Assembly: GCA_016873225.1 (NCBI GenBank)
Contig: VGXS01000018.1
Span: 11,995-75,994, forward strand
Length of the DNA stretch: 64,000 bases
Source: Planctomycetota bacterium
Lineage (GTDB): Bacteria; Planctomycetota; Planctomycetia; Gemmatales; Gemmataceae
Direction: 5' to 3'
The notes beneath the pieces are model-generated. The model did no database searches. It had not been told where the DNA came from and worked only from the letters and a program-made list of their open reading frames with translations. Made by a program: the position numbers and the translations under genes. Below are positions 1 to 9,310 of the stretch, piece by piece (the stretch's first letter is position 1; every line of letters begins with the position of its first letter).

Positions 1-1154
1 TTGATGTTGTTGGCGGCACCGGGGCCTCCCAGTAGGCGGGCCTGCAACTCGGCATATCGCTCGCCGTATTCACCCTCGGCCCAGGCTGGAATGTGCTCGC
101 CAAGGCAGAGCTGGGCCGAGGGAACCCGGCCCGGCGCCGGCGCCGATTCAAGCGCCTCGTAGATCTTTCGAATCGCCTGTTCAGGCTGCGAAGGCTCCTC
201 GCCAAGGCCGGCATGGGTCGGCAGGAAGACTCGCGCGGTGCGCTTGCCCCTGAACACGGCACGGGCGCCATCGACGGAACCGGCCGGGCGGATTTCCATA
301 TCGAAACCCGCTTCCGGACCATTGAACAGCGTCATTCCGGGATGGCAGGTGTCTTGTCCCGACAAGGGCGACCAATCACTCCAACGGCCCGGCTCGAGGT
401 CGCGGGCCAGGATTCCCACAGCGGCGCCCAGGGGCGCCCTCGTGAACTGGTGCGAGGCCGAAAAGCTGGCCAGACTATCGCCCTGATGCCTGAACCTGAC
501 TTCCCACCGCGCCCCGGCCAACTCCCGGATCCATTCCAATATCGGGTACTGGGGGGCTTGCCTCGAATGCCGGGCGCGCCAGGAATCCCGCGTGTCGGCC
601 GTCAGGACCAGCGCGTCCACCGATCGGGGCGATGCCGTGCCCGGAAGGCCCTCGAAAGCCTCACCCTCAAGCGTCAGCTCCAGCTCGCCCGCCTCGAGTC
701 CGCCGAGCGTGAACCGCTCTTCCACGAGCGCGTCGGTGCCGTGGGCGGTTTCCCGCCGGATTCCCGCCACCGTGTCTCCGGGCCCGAAAAACGGATTGAG
801 CCTTCTCCCCGCCACGAAGCGGAAGGTTTTGCCCCTTTGCGAGACCCGGACCACCAACGGCGCGTCGCAGCCCTCGGCATGTTCTCGCCTGAGCCAAAGC
901 ACATGATCTCCCGGTGCGGGAACCGTCGCCTTGGCGCTGGCCGTGCCCGATTGGTCGGGCGGCAGCAGGGCCACCCGTTCACCGGAAATCAGGCCCAGGC
1001 CTGTCTGGTCAGCCACCAGGTTTCCATGGGCCACCTTCACGGGCTTCCAGCCTCCCTCGAGTTTCATCGACTCGGCTTCGATGACCAACCCGAAGGGTCG
1101 CCCATCCCCGGCCCGGCACAAGAGCAGGGTCAGGGAAATCAAGAACGGCGTCAT
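1..1154 (-). CDS. hypothetical secreted protein; C-terminal part cut by the left window edge
   Basis: Absent from the supplied ORF track because it has no stop inside the window. Manual minus-strand translation from ATG 1154..1152 stays open down to position 3, about 384 codons. The N-terminus MTPFLISLTLLLCRAGDG looks like a signal peptide. The listed + ORF 93..1304 is an Arg/Pro-rich antisense shadow. Confidence 0.5.
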   Translation of the reverse strand, partial: MTPFLISLTLLLCRAGDGRPFGLVIEAESMKLEGGWKPVKVAHGNLVADQTGLGLISGERVALLPPDQSGTASAKATVPAPGDHVLWLRREHAEGCDAPLVVRVSQRGKTFRFVAGRRLNPFFGPGDTVAGIRRETAHGTDALVEERFTLGGLEAGELELTLEGEAFEGLPGTASPRSVDALVLTADTRDSWRARHSRQAPQYPILEWIRELAGARWEVRFRHQGDSLASFSASHQFTRAPLGAAVGILARDLEPGRWSDWSPLSGQDTCHPGMTLFNGPEAGFDMEIRPAGSVDGARAVFRGKRTARVFLPTHAGLGEEPSQPEQAIRKIYEALESAPAPGRVPSAQLCLGEHIPAWAEGEYGERYAELQARLLGGPGAANNI

Positions 1155-1237
1155 GCACGGCACTCCCGCATCCGATCGGCCGAACATGGTGCCACGGTGC
1201 GCGGACCCGACGCAAGGACAAGCGATTTCGGGGGCTT

Positions 1238-2845
1238 GTGCGCCCGGTCAAGCGCCGGAACAATAATTTTCCGTTTCGCTTCCGGGAGGTGCCTGGCACC
1301 GTGAATTTGGCCGCCTGCCTTGAGCACCCTGAATTCCAAGGCCTGCTCTCGGGGGCGAAAGCGGAACCCGCGTCGGATTATCCCCGGGTGGCCTGTGCCG
1401 ACTGGCTGGAAGTTCGAGGACTGGCCGAACCGGCGCGCCGCTGGCGCGCGAGCCTCGGAACTCCTTTTTCCCGTATTCCCCTGACATCCCAATTTACCCG
1501 AATGGATGTGCTTCCAGCTTCCATCACCTGGCGTGTTGCCGAGGGGTTTTTGCACGCCGAGGCGCCGGAAACCGCTGATTGGTCGCAAGCGGGCATATGG
1601 AGACCATGGCCCCGTGTCACCCGGGAATCGGTTGCGCGGGTCATCCGCGCCGCAACCGAACGGCAGGTCGCCGGCCTTGACCTTTCAAGGCTGCTGGAAC
1701 GGGGAGCCTTGCCCGAATTGCTCGACGGCCTGCCCGCCACGGCGGCATCCCACCTCTGGCTCGACGACAACGGGTTGGTGGATGCCCAAATGGAGACCTT
1801 GGCGAAAAGCCCGTGCCTTGCAGGCGTCCGGTCGCTTCGCCTGGGGCGAAACCGGTTGACGCAGCAAGGCGTGGCCACCCTGCTTCGCGCTCCCTGGGCG
1901 GGCGGACTGGTCTCCCTTGAACTGGAGGGAAACGAGCGGATGGGGGCCCAAGGGGTGAGCCTGCTCGGCAGATCCGCGGCGCTGGCCAATCTGAAGCGAC
2001 TCCACATGGCCGGTTGTGGCGGCGGGGATTCAGGCGCCTTCGGATTGGCAGAGGCCTTGTCGCCCTGGCGCATCGAGGAACTCGACATTGGTTCATGCGG
2101 TGTCTCGGCGGATGGGATCAGGACGCTGGCCTCATCCCCCACGGCGGCCGGCCTGACGCGGCTGGAACTTGCCGGCAACCACCTGAGTTCCTCCGCCACG
2201 CTCGACATGCTCAAGGCCCTGGCGGACGGCCCTCTCGCGAGGCTCGGACTCGCGAATTGCTGGATCGGAGCGCCGGTGATCGAGGCGTTGGCGGCGGGGG
2301 AAGGTCCCGCCGGGCTTGTCGACCTCGACATCGGCCACAACGGCCTGCGTGAGGGACGCCGCTGGGGACTCGGCGGAACCCATGTCGCCATCCTGGCCAA
2401 TTCTCCGTCGATGGCGAGGCTCCAATCCCTCTCATTGGCCGGAATGCCCTGGAACGCCGGAATGGCCGCGGCCATGGCCGCCAAACCGTTTTTTCATCTC
2501 CACAAACTGGATCTTTCGAATTGCAGGATCAGCCCGGCCGCGCTTCCCGCCCTCCTCGATTCCCCCTGGTTGGCGGATGTCCGCTCGCTTGTCCTCGATG
2601 ACAATCCGCTGGGGGAACGCGGCGCGGCGGTGATCGCGGCGCATCCAGGCTTGGCCGGGATCCACGAACTCTCGCTGGCGCGCTGTTCCATCGGGGACGA
2701 GGGATTGAGGAGCCTGGCCGGCAGCGAGACGCTCGCCGACCTCAGGCGCGTTGACCTCCGCGGGCAGCAGTTCGACGGGGCGCTGCTCGCGGAATACGCC
2801 GACCGGCTGGGGTTGGCGGGAGCGGAATTCCTCGCCCGGGGTTAG
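1238..2845 (+). CDS. leucine-rich repeat (ribonuclease-inhibitor-like) protein with TIGR02996-like N-terminal repeat-companion domain
   Basis: The N-terminus (...YPRVACADWLEVRGLAEPARRW) resembles the Gemmata/myxobacterial TIGR02996 motif (YADWLEE.G). It is followed by about 28-aa LRR units (L..L.L..N.LG..G). Start is uncertain: GTG 1238, or GTG 1301 preceded by GGGAGG at 1284-1289. Confidence 0.7.
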   Translation: MRPVKRRNNNFPFRFREVPGTVNLAACLEHPEFQGLLSGAKAEPASDYPRVACADWLEVRGLAEPARRWRASLGTPFSRIPLTSQFTRMDVLPASITWRVAEGFLHAEAPETADWSQAGIWRPWPRVTRESVARVIRAATERQVAGLDLSRLLERGALPELLDGLPATAASHLWLDDNGLVDAQMETLAKSPCLAGVRSLRLGRNRLTQQGVATLLRAPWAGGLVSLELEGNERMGAQGVSLLGRSAALANLKRLHMAGCGGGDSGAFGLAEALSPWRIEELDIGSCGVSADGIRTLASSPTAAGLTRLELAGNHLSSSATLDMLKALADGPLARLGLANCWIGAPVIEALAAGEGPAGLVDLDIGHNGLREGRRWGLGGTHVAILANSPSMARLQSLSLAGMPWNAGMAAAMAAKPFFHLHKLDLSNCRISPAALPALLDSPWLADVRSLVLDDNPLGERGAAVIAAHPGLAGIHELSLARCSIGDEGLRSLAGSETLADLRRVDLRGQQFDGALLAEYADRLGLAGAEFLARG

Positions 2846-3963
2846 CGCGCGGCCGGCTTCACACCGACCCTTGAATCCACCTCGTCCAGCTTCAGCCTCA
2901 CCGAAAGGATGTAGGGTGGTTCGCCCGGGGTCCAATGTCCGTAGGTGGTGAGCACGAAGGTGCCGTCAGGCAGAATTTCCACTCCCGGATAGGCGCAGTC
3001 CCCGCCCTTGTGATTTTTCTTGAGCCTGATCTTCGCCTGCCCCGGCCTGCCATGGATGATGTCATCGAAGGTTCCCACCCACGCGACCCAATCGCCCGCC
3101 GTGAGGCTGTTGGTGCCCTTGGGCGGCACATCGCGGAAGCTGATCACCAGGCGCCCGTCGGGAGCCTGCCTGGCCGTGTGGCGGTCGCCGAACAGGGCGG
3201 GGTGGAGCGGCTTGGGGGATTCCCATGTCTGGCCCTCGTCGCGGGTCAGCATGAATTGGGATGGGCTTTGCCTGCGGTTCTCACGCAGCAGAAGGGCGAG
3301 ATCCTTGCCGTCGGGGGATCGCACGGAGCCCGGCTCGCAGAGGTGGACGGCTCCCGATGTCTGGATCGACTTGGGTTCCGACCAGGTGCGCCCGGCGTCT
3401 TCCGAGCGGGTTTGGAGGAGGGTGAAGATGCCTGTCGCCTTTCCACCCTTGCGGAAAAACCGGCCATCATCGTGAAAGAAGGCCATGAGGTGGCCGGGCT
3501 TGCCACGAACGGCTTCCACGCTCCCCATGACCACGATGCCGCCCCAATCGCCCAGCGGGGCCAGTTCCGTCCAGGTGGCGCCGTCATCCTCGCTCGAGGC
3601 GATGCGGGCTGGATACAACCCGCTGAACAGGATCAGGCGCTTCTTGCCATCCGCGCCGGTGACACGGTGGATGGTGGGCGTTTCCTGCGATGTGATCCAG
3701 TTGGCTGGCGTGATCAGGCGGCCCGACCATGTGCGCCCGCCATCGACCGACTTCTGGTACAGGATGGGACCCTTCCCATGCCCCTTGGGATAAACGCAAA
3801 GGATTGTCTTGCCATCCTCCAGGAGCGCCGTCGTGGGATGGCCGAGGTACTGTCCCTTTTCCCGGTCAACCACGACCTGCCGCGACACTTCGCCATCGAG
3901 GTCGAGGAAAGGCGGCAGCCTGACATCCTGAAGAAAGGCGGAAAGAGCGAGTAACGCGATCAT
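2842..3963 (-). CDS. BNR-repeat sialidase-like glycoside hydrolase (exo-alpha-sialidase family)
   Basis: Four Asp-box/BNR motifs (SxDxGxTW): SVDGGRTWS, SEDDGATWT, SEDAGRTWS, TRDEGQTWE. N-terminal signal-like MIALLALSAFL. Its stop overlaps the stop of the convergent LRR gene by 4 nt. Confidence 0.8.
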   Translation of the reverse strand: MIALLALSAFLQDVRLPPFLDLDGEVSRQVVVDREKGQYLGHPTTALLEDGKTILCVYPKGHGKGPILYQKSVDGGRTWSGRLITPANWITSQETPTIHRVTGADGKKRLILFSGLYPARIASSEDDGATWTELAPLGDWGGIVVMGSVEAVRGKPGHLMAFFHDDGRFFRKGGKATGIFTLLQTRSEDAGRTWSEPKSIQTSGAVHLCEPGSVRSPDGKDLALLLRENRRQSPSQFMLTRDEGQTWESPKPLHPALFGDRHTARQAPDGRLVISFRDVPPKGTNSLTAGDWVAWVGTFDDIIHGRPGQAKIRLKKNHKGGDCAYPGVEILPDGTFVLTTYGHWTPGEPPYILSVRLKLDEVDSRVGVKPAAR

Positions 3964-4367
3964 GGAGGGGGATTCCCGGGGCCAATACCATCGGTTTGAG
4001 GACTAACGCCGCTGATGGGTTCGGTGCCCCGATCGATAGGCCAACCAGGCACCTTGGATTGAAGCGGGAAGGCCGGGCCTACCCTTCCGCGCGATCTTAT
4101 TAGTTCAAGCTCCCAATTGTGCTTGATTTGGACAGCCTCCCCGATCATGGCGCTATGTTCATTCCAGGCCGTGTCCATCACAGCTTCATCCAGAATCTCA
4201 ACATAGCGGTCCACGACATCATCGGCGATGTGGCCGCACCACATCGTGCCATTGGGGCGGGGGGTTGGGTATTCCTCAAAAATGCGGCGGGCTTCTTCAA
4301 AAAAGGGGGGCCCAGCGGGCGGGGACGAATGCCCGCGGGGCCTCGATTCGCCATGGATCAGGCGCAC
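3960..4367 (-). CDS. hypothetical protein between the ECF sigma factor and the sialidase-like gene
   Basis: Its TGA stop overlaps the ATG of the downstream sialidase-like gene (ATGA), which suggests translational coupling. No recognisable domain and no TM segment. The true start may be internal (ATG at 4244). Confidence 0.35.
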   Translation of the reverse strand: MRLIHGESRPRGHSSPPAGPPFFEEARRIFEEYPTPRPNGTMWCGHIADDVVDRYVEILDEAVMDTAWNEHSAMIGEAVQIKHNWELELIRSRGRVGPAFPLQSKVPGWPIDRGTEPISGVSPQTDGIGPGNPPP

Positions 4368-5056
4368 ATCTCGTACTGCTGGCGGATCGTTTCCCGGGCC
4401 TTCTCAAGCTCGCCGGCGACCCATCCCTCGCACATCTCGAAACGCCTGGCCAGTTCCTTGCCCGACTGGCCATCGGACTTCAGGAGCCTTTCCGTGGCGA
4501 TGATCCGCCGCCTGGCGGGCATGGCTCCGATGATTTTCTGCACGCGGGCCAGCACATCATCGGCGTCCTGCTCGCATCCATGCCGGGTGTCCGGCTGGCT
4601 TGCCGTGAAGCTGCTCGAAAAGCCTTCGTCATCCGTCCGGCCCTCGTTTTCGACGCGAAGCTCGAGGTGGGGATATTCCTCCCGCAGGCAGTCCTTGGCG
4701 CGCCAGTCCAGTGCCCGCCTCATGTAACTGCCAAACTTCTCATGGGTTTTCCACTGCATGGGGTTGCGGACGAACTCGGAGATGGCCCGGTTGGCGGCAT
4801 CCCGGGCCATGGTGGTCGTGTCGGGCCAGTTTCCGGCATCCTTGAGCAGGTGCCAGGCGAGCGATGCCGCCGGTGTCAGCGACTCCTCGTTGTTCCGGTC
4901 ATCGTGGATCTCCCGCGTCAGCTGGTCCCCGAGGGCCTTGGCATCGAAAGACTGGAGAAGAAACGCCTCCTGGTAACGGCGGGCAAGCGATTCCCAAAAC
5001 TGGATCAGGGCTTGGGCATTTTTGCGGGACAGGATCCGGACATTGTTCTTGCTCAC
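4358..5056 (-). CDS. ECF-type RNA polymerase sigma factor (sigma-70 family)
   Basis: C-terminal region-4-like HTH (PARRRIIATERLLKSDGQSGKELARRFEMCEGWVAGELEKARETI) and a region-2-like segment (GSYMRRALDWRAKDCLRE). Start placed at GTG 5056, with GGAGG 7 nt upstream. The track ORF extends to 5140. Confidence 0.7.
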   Translation of the reverse strand: MSKNNVRILSRKNAQALIQFWESLARRYQEAFLLQSFDAKALGDQLTREIHDDRNNEESLTPAASLAWHLLKDAGNWPDTTTMARDAANRAISEFVRNPMQWKTHEKFGSYMRRALDWRAKDCLREEYPHLELRVENEGRTDDEGFSSSFTASQPDTRHGCEQDADDVLARVQKIIGAMPARRRIIATERLLKSDGQSGKELARRFEMCEGWVAGELEKARETIRQQYEMCA

Positions 5057-5309
5057 GAAGGTCCTCCAGAGGGTGTTTCCGCGGTTGGCCAACCGTGGAC
5101 TTGTCTTCCTGCAACGGGACGGCCCGAACCTTGCAAGCATTCGGAATATTTTTTCCAGCGGATGGGATCGATCGGCTCAGCGCCGGCGGAATCGGATTTT
5201 CCCGTCCGCCACAGGCATGGAGATTCCCCCGCCGGATTTCCCGGTACATGGACTTCGCCACAAAAGGGGGCTGATTCAGCCGATTGGCAAAATTTTTCCG
5301 GTTTCGCTG

Positions 5310-5999
5310 TCAGCGAGAGGGAACGGGAGTCAGGGTGACTCGACGAATGCGCATTCCGGGGATGCTGTCGTCGTCATAGCTTACTTCCCTTACCGAGGTT
5401 TTCGCCGCGGGGTCGGCGCGTTCATTTTTGGCGCGGGCGTCGGCCTCGCCATGGCTGACAAACCCAATGGGAAGTGGCGCGGATTCCTTGCCCGGGTTGG
5501 CGGGGGAGGCTTCGCGTTTGGGCGCTTCGGGCAATCCCGCCTTGGCGGCCTGCGAGGATGAGCCGGGCGAAAGCCGGGCGGTTTGCTTGTCGAAATAGAG
5601 CCTCCACAAGCCCGCCGAGTCGGTCCGGTTGGAGGCGTCGGCGCCGGGGAATGGCCCGAAATCCGCGGCGGGTTGCTTGAATTTCACCGCGCAAATGTGA
5701 GTGGCCGCCTCGCGCGCCGCCTGCACCACCAGAGGATTCTGGTCCTCCATGAGCATGAGCAGGCTTTCGTCGTGCTTGTGGCCCATGCCCAACGCGAACG
5801 CCGCGGCGACCCGGTGCCTGTGATCGCTCGAGGTGATCGCCGCGCGCATCATTTCCTCGTCACCGCACGACTTCAGGCTCACGGCCATGCGCGTCGCCTG
5901 CTGCCGCATCTCCAGCAATTGTTGGGTTGAATACCCGGAACGCGAGGGCGAGCAGTGGGAAACATGCCCGCTGGCCGGCAGACCTGCCGCCGCGAGCAT
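5310..5999 (-). CDS. hypothetical protein with HEAT-like repeat; a signal peptide lies upstream, in frame, behind a TGA
   Basis: The segment RVAAAFALGMGHKHDESLLMLMEDQNPLVVQAAREAATHI is HEAT/armadillo-like. An in-frame 24-codon signal-peptide ORF (6086..6015, MRRPLVAVLLVAGFLFRQPSAEAG) is separated from it only by TGA at 6014..6012. See findings. Confidence 0.5.
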   Translation of the reverse strand: MLAAAGLPASGHVSHCSPSRSGYSTQQLLEMRQQATRMAVSLKSCGDEEMMRAAITSSDHRHRVAAAFALGMGHKHDESLLMLMEDQNPLVVQAAREAATHICAVKFKQPAADFGPFPGADASNRTDSAGLWRLYFDKQTARLSPGSSSQAAKAGLPEAPKREASPANPGKESAPLPIGFVSHGEADARAKNERADPAAKTSVREVSYDDDSIPGMRIRRVTLTPVPSR

Positions 6000-6147
6000 A
6001 TTGGTCTGGCCTCACCCCGCCTCGGCGGATGGTTGGCGGAAAAGGAAACCAGCGACTAGAAGGACAGCGACCAGGGGACGACGCATGGGATACCCTCCTG
6101 AGAGGATATGCTATGGCCCAAGGATCCCGGATGTCAACAATCCGGGT

Positions 6148-7206
6148 TCACACCAGCGCCAGCACCGCCTCGGACATGTCCTTGGTGCCGTCCTTGCCCC
6201 CCAGGTCGGGCGTGCGCGGGGCGCGCGCCTTGAGAACCTTCACCACGGCGTCATGGGTGGCCTGGGCGCTTTTCTCCAATCCGAGATGCCGCAGCATGAG
6301 CACCCCGGAAAGGATCGCCGCGAGCGGATTGGCGATTCCCTTGCCGGCGATGTCGGGCGCCGAACCGTGGACCGGTTCGAACATGCTCGGAAAGGTCCGC
6401 TCGGGGTTGATGTTCGCGCTCGAGGCCAGGCCCACGGTGCCCGCCACCATCGCCGAAAGGTCGGTCAGGATGTCTCCGAACAGGTTGCTGGCCACGACCA
6501 CATCGAACGACTCGGGCTTGCGCACGAAGTCCATCGCCGCGGCATCCACCAGCAGGGATGACGACTGGACATCGGGAAACTCGGCGCGAACCTTGTTGTA
6601 GCACTCGTCCCACAGCACCATTCCGAACGCCTGGGCGTTCGACTTGGTGATGGAGGTGAGCTTGCGACGGGGGCGCTTGCGCGCCGCCCCGAACGCCGCG
6701 CGCAGGATCCGCTCGCATCCCCTGCGGGTGAACACATTGCTTTGGATCGCGATCTCCGCGTCGGTGCCCTGATACATGCGGCCGCCCACGGGGGCGTACT
6801 CGCCCTCGGTGTTTTCACGGTACACCAGCATGTCGATGCTTCCGGGAGCCTTGTTGGCCAACGGGGAGGTCACTCCGTCGAACAGGAAAGCCGGACGCAA
6901 GTTCACATACTGGTCGAACTTGCGGCGCATGGGCAACAGGAGGGAGTGGACGGGGATCTGGTCGGGGACATCCGGAAGTCCCACGGCGCCGAACAGGATG
7001 GCATCGTGGCGGGCGAGAAGATCCCAGCCGTCCGAGGGAACCATCTCGCCGGTTTGCTTGAACTTGGTCGAACTCCAGGGGAGCTGGTTCCAGTCAAAGG
7101 AGGCGCCATCGTGCCGGCCCGCCTTGTCCAGGACCCTGACTGTCTCGTCGATCACCTCGGGCCCGATGCCGTCCCCACCTATCACCGCGATGCGGAAAGT
7201 TGCCAT
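6148..7206 (-). CDS. tartrate dehydrogenase/decarboxylase or D-malate dehydrogenase (decarboxylating), isocitrate/isopropylmalate dehydrogenase family
   Basis: Full-length similarity to the DmlA/TtuC type: IAVIGGDGIGPEV, FDQYVNLRP, VYRENTEGEY, NPERTFPSMFEPVHGSAPDIAGKGIANP. Start placed at ATG 7206, with GGAG upstream. The track starts at TTG 7215. Confidence 0.85.
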   Translation of the reverse strand: MATFRIAVIGGDGIGPEVIDETVRVLDKAGRHDGASFDWNQLPWSSTKFKQTGEMVPSDGWDLLARHDAILFGAVGLPDVPDQIPVHSLLLPMRRKFDQYVNLRPAFLFDGVTSPLANKAPGSIDMLVYRENTEGEYAPVGGRMYQGTDAEIAIQSNVFTRRGCERILRAAFGAARKRPRRKLTSITKSNAQAFGMVLWDECYNKVRAEFPDVQSSSLLVDAAAMDFVRKPESFDVVVASNLFGDILTDLSAMVAGTVGLASSANINPERTFPSMFEPVHGSAPDIAGKGIANPLAAILSGVLMLRHLGLEKSAQATHDAVVKVLKARAPRTPDLGGKDGTKDMSEAVLALV

Positions 7207-7306
7207 TGCTACCAACTCCGGCCGTCGTTAGACGATCTTCTTCAAAGATTGCTTGTTTATCGGTCCGGGCGGTCCGGTCAAGCATGGTAACGCAAGGGAG
7301 ATGGCC

Positions 7307-8035
7307 ATGCGTGCGAAAGGATGGGGGCTTGCCGCCTTGTGCGCCGTCCTCGCCACGACGGGCTGCAAGAACACCGCCGGGACCGGCACGGCACCTCCAC
7401 CACCCAGTTTCCCGTTCTCTTCCTCGGCTCCCGGCGCCGCGGCCAAGACCCCCGGTATGGGCGCCTCCACCGAGCGAGACCCGCTTTTGGGACCGGCGCC
7501 CAACGGTTCGCTCCCCTCGCGGGCACCCTCGCCGCCCCCCGGTGCCACCTCCTCGGCCAACTGGAACACGCCCCCGGCCGCTTCCGCCGCACCCGCATCC
7601 ATGACCAGCGGTTCGGGCGGGCTTCGCATTCCCGGGGCCGACAACGGCAATCCCCCGGGCGGGCCGTCGCTTCCCCCGATCAGGCTCCAGCAAAACGGTT
7701 CCTCAGGCTTCACGCCCGCCAATCCCCAGCCTTCTCCCGGCCTGGGCGCCGCCCCCGCCGCGGGTGCCGCCGGCGTCGCCGGAGCGGTGACGGCCGCGTC
7801 CTTCAACCCCGGGGCGCCCGACTCGTACGCCTCCCTGCAGGCTGAACTGGTCCGCAAGGGCGTGGTATTCCAGCGGTTGGAAATGACCAACGCGAACGAC
7901 TGGCGATTCACCTGCACCGTCGCCGACAAGCAAAATCCGACGCTGCGCCGGAATTTCGATCATCGCGGACGCACCGACATCGAGGTCATGCGTGCCGTGC
8001 TCGACGAAATCGACGCGCCACCACCCGGCTTCTGA
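7307..8035 (+). CDS. proline-rich lipoprotein, hypothetical
   Basis: Lipobox LATTGC after MRAKGWGLAALCAV. Long Pro/Gly/Ala low-complexity linker followed by a roughly 70-aa globular C-terminus. ATG 7307 lies 6 nt after AAGGGAG. Confidence 0.55.
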   Translation: MRAKGWGLAALCAVLATTGCKNTAGTGTAPPPPSFPFSSSAPGAAAKTPGMGASTERDPLLGPAPNGSLPSRAPSPPPGATSSANWNTPPAASAAPASMTSGSGGLRIPGADNGNPPGGPSLPPIRLQQNGSSGFTPANPQPSPGLGAAPAAGAAGVAGAVTAASFNPGAPDSYASLQAELVRKGVVFQRLEMTNANDWRFTCTVADKQNPTLRRNFDHRGRTDIEVMRAVLDEIDAPPPGF

Positions 8036-8055
8036 AACCTCGCGGGGTTCCCGGC

Positions 8056-8925
8056 ATGAGCCCGTTGCCTGTGACGCGACTGGTTGTCCCTTTTCTTCTC
8101 ATGTCTCTCGTTGGCTGCGGCGGTTCGCCCAGGCCAAGGGATCTTCAGTCGGAAGAAGCGGCACCCCAAGCTATTGTCACGCCCACGGCGCCGATGTCTG
8201 CCGGCCCCGGGAGCCTGCCGAAAATGGATGCCGCATTCGAGCAGGCCATTCGGCCTGCCGACCAGCCACCGGCGGGCGCCAACCGACCGCCCGATGCCAC
8301 CTTCACCGGATTTCCCGTCTTCAAGCTGATGCGACAGGTTCGGGAAGACTGGCCCGCCATCCGTTTCGAGGATGATGAGGGGCGCCCGGTTTCATGGATC
8401 GTGACGATGGAAACACAGCTTGGAGCCATCGAGATCAGCATGTTGCCGCATTTGGCGCCCAATCATGCCCGGCATTTCCTCGCCCTGGTGAGGGCGGGCT
8501 ACTACAAGGGAATGCGCTTCGACCGGATCAGGCAGGAGGAACTGGTCGATGCGGGCGGACAGGTGACGGCGAGGGTTGAGCAGCTGGAAGCTGGCTGTCC
8601 CTTGGGCACCGGCGAAACGGCCGGAGGCGGGTTGGGATACTGGTTGCGACACGAAACCCATCCGAACGCCAAGCACGCCATTGGAATGGTGGGAGCCTGC
8701 CGCGATGAGGAGGCGGACACCGGCTGTTCAAGGTTTTTCATCCTGCTTTCCGATTCACCGCATCTCGACGGACACCAGGTGATCTTCGCCAAGGTGACAA
8801 AGGGGTTGGATGTGGCGCGCGCGATCCTCAGGCAGTCAAGTGATGCCTCCGGAGAGGGAAAGCCTCCGGTGATCATCGAAACCGCCTCGGCCAACTCAAA
8901 GGCGGCTTCGGCGCCCAGGCCATGA
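8056..8925 (+). CDS. cyclophilin-type peptidyl-prolyl cis-trans isomerase, lipoprotein
   Basis: Cyclophilin core (HARHFLALVRAGYYKGMRFDRI ... FFILLSDSPHLDGHQVIFAKVTKGLDV). Lipobox LMSLVGCGG. Confidence 0.85.
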   Translation: MSPLPVTRLVVPFLLMSLVGCGGSPRPRDLQSEEAAPQAIVTPTAPMSAGPGSLPKMDAAFEQAIRPADQPPAGANRPPDATFTGFPVFKLMRQVREDWPAIRFEDDEGRPVSWIVTMETQLGAIEISMLPHLAPNHARHFLALVRAGYYKGMRFDRIRQEELVDAGGQVTARVEQLEAGCPLGTGETAGGGLGYWLRHETHPNAKHAIGMVGACRDEEADTGCSRFFILLSDSPHLDGHQVIFAKVTKGLDVARAILRQSSDASGEGKPPVIIETASANSKAASAPRP

Positions 8926-9242
8926 CGATATTTTTGGGTTTTTGTTTTCCCTTCGCGGAAATTGCCGTGTAAAAATAAGATAGAGTCGTTCGCCTGAACG
9001 ATTGACGCTTCTTTTTCTTGTCAATCCACCAGACTTTGTCGGGCGAACCCGATCCTTGATGGCGCGCGGGACATTTCGATCCCGGCGCCTTGAGTCTGGG
9101 CCGGGGCGGTGGCCTTGATCGCGATGGGACGACGCGATTTTGGCCTGGCGGAAGGATGGGGACGACCTTTCGCCAAGCCCCGGCCTAGTTCCACTTTTGA
9201 GCGGGCCACCAGCACGCCCGATATTTTCATGTCGCTTGCTGA

Positions 9243-9305
9243 CACCTCAAAAAAAACTGGGTTCAAGTCACGGACGGAACCGTGAATGGTTTCCATGAAC
9301 CTGGC
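9243..9305 (-). terminator. structured hairpin followed by a T8 run, downstream of the hemP-like gene
   Basis: The minus strand reads GGTTCA-(inner hairpins GGAAACC/GGTTCC and CACGG/CCGTG)-TGAACC-CAG-TTTTTTTT, immediately after the stop at 9311. Confidence 0.45.
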
Positions 9306-9310
9306 CCCTG

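Noticed and set aside
93-1304. 403-aa + strand ORF, the longest listed in the first kilobase
   Set aside because: Its composition is extremely rich in Arg, Pro and Gly, typical of an antisense frame in high-GC DNA. The opposite strand carries an uninterrupted ORF with a signal peptide.
6012-6014. Selenocysteine decoding of the in-frame TGA
   Set aside because: Only a weak 6-bp hairpin (CAGACC/GGTCTG) follows the codon, nothing like a bacterial SECIS. The site lies at a signal-peptide junction, not a redox motif.
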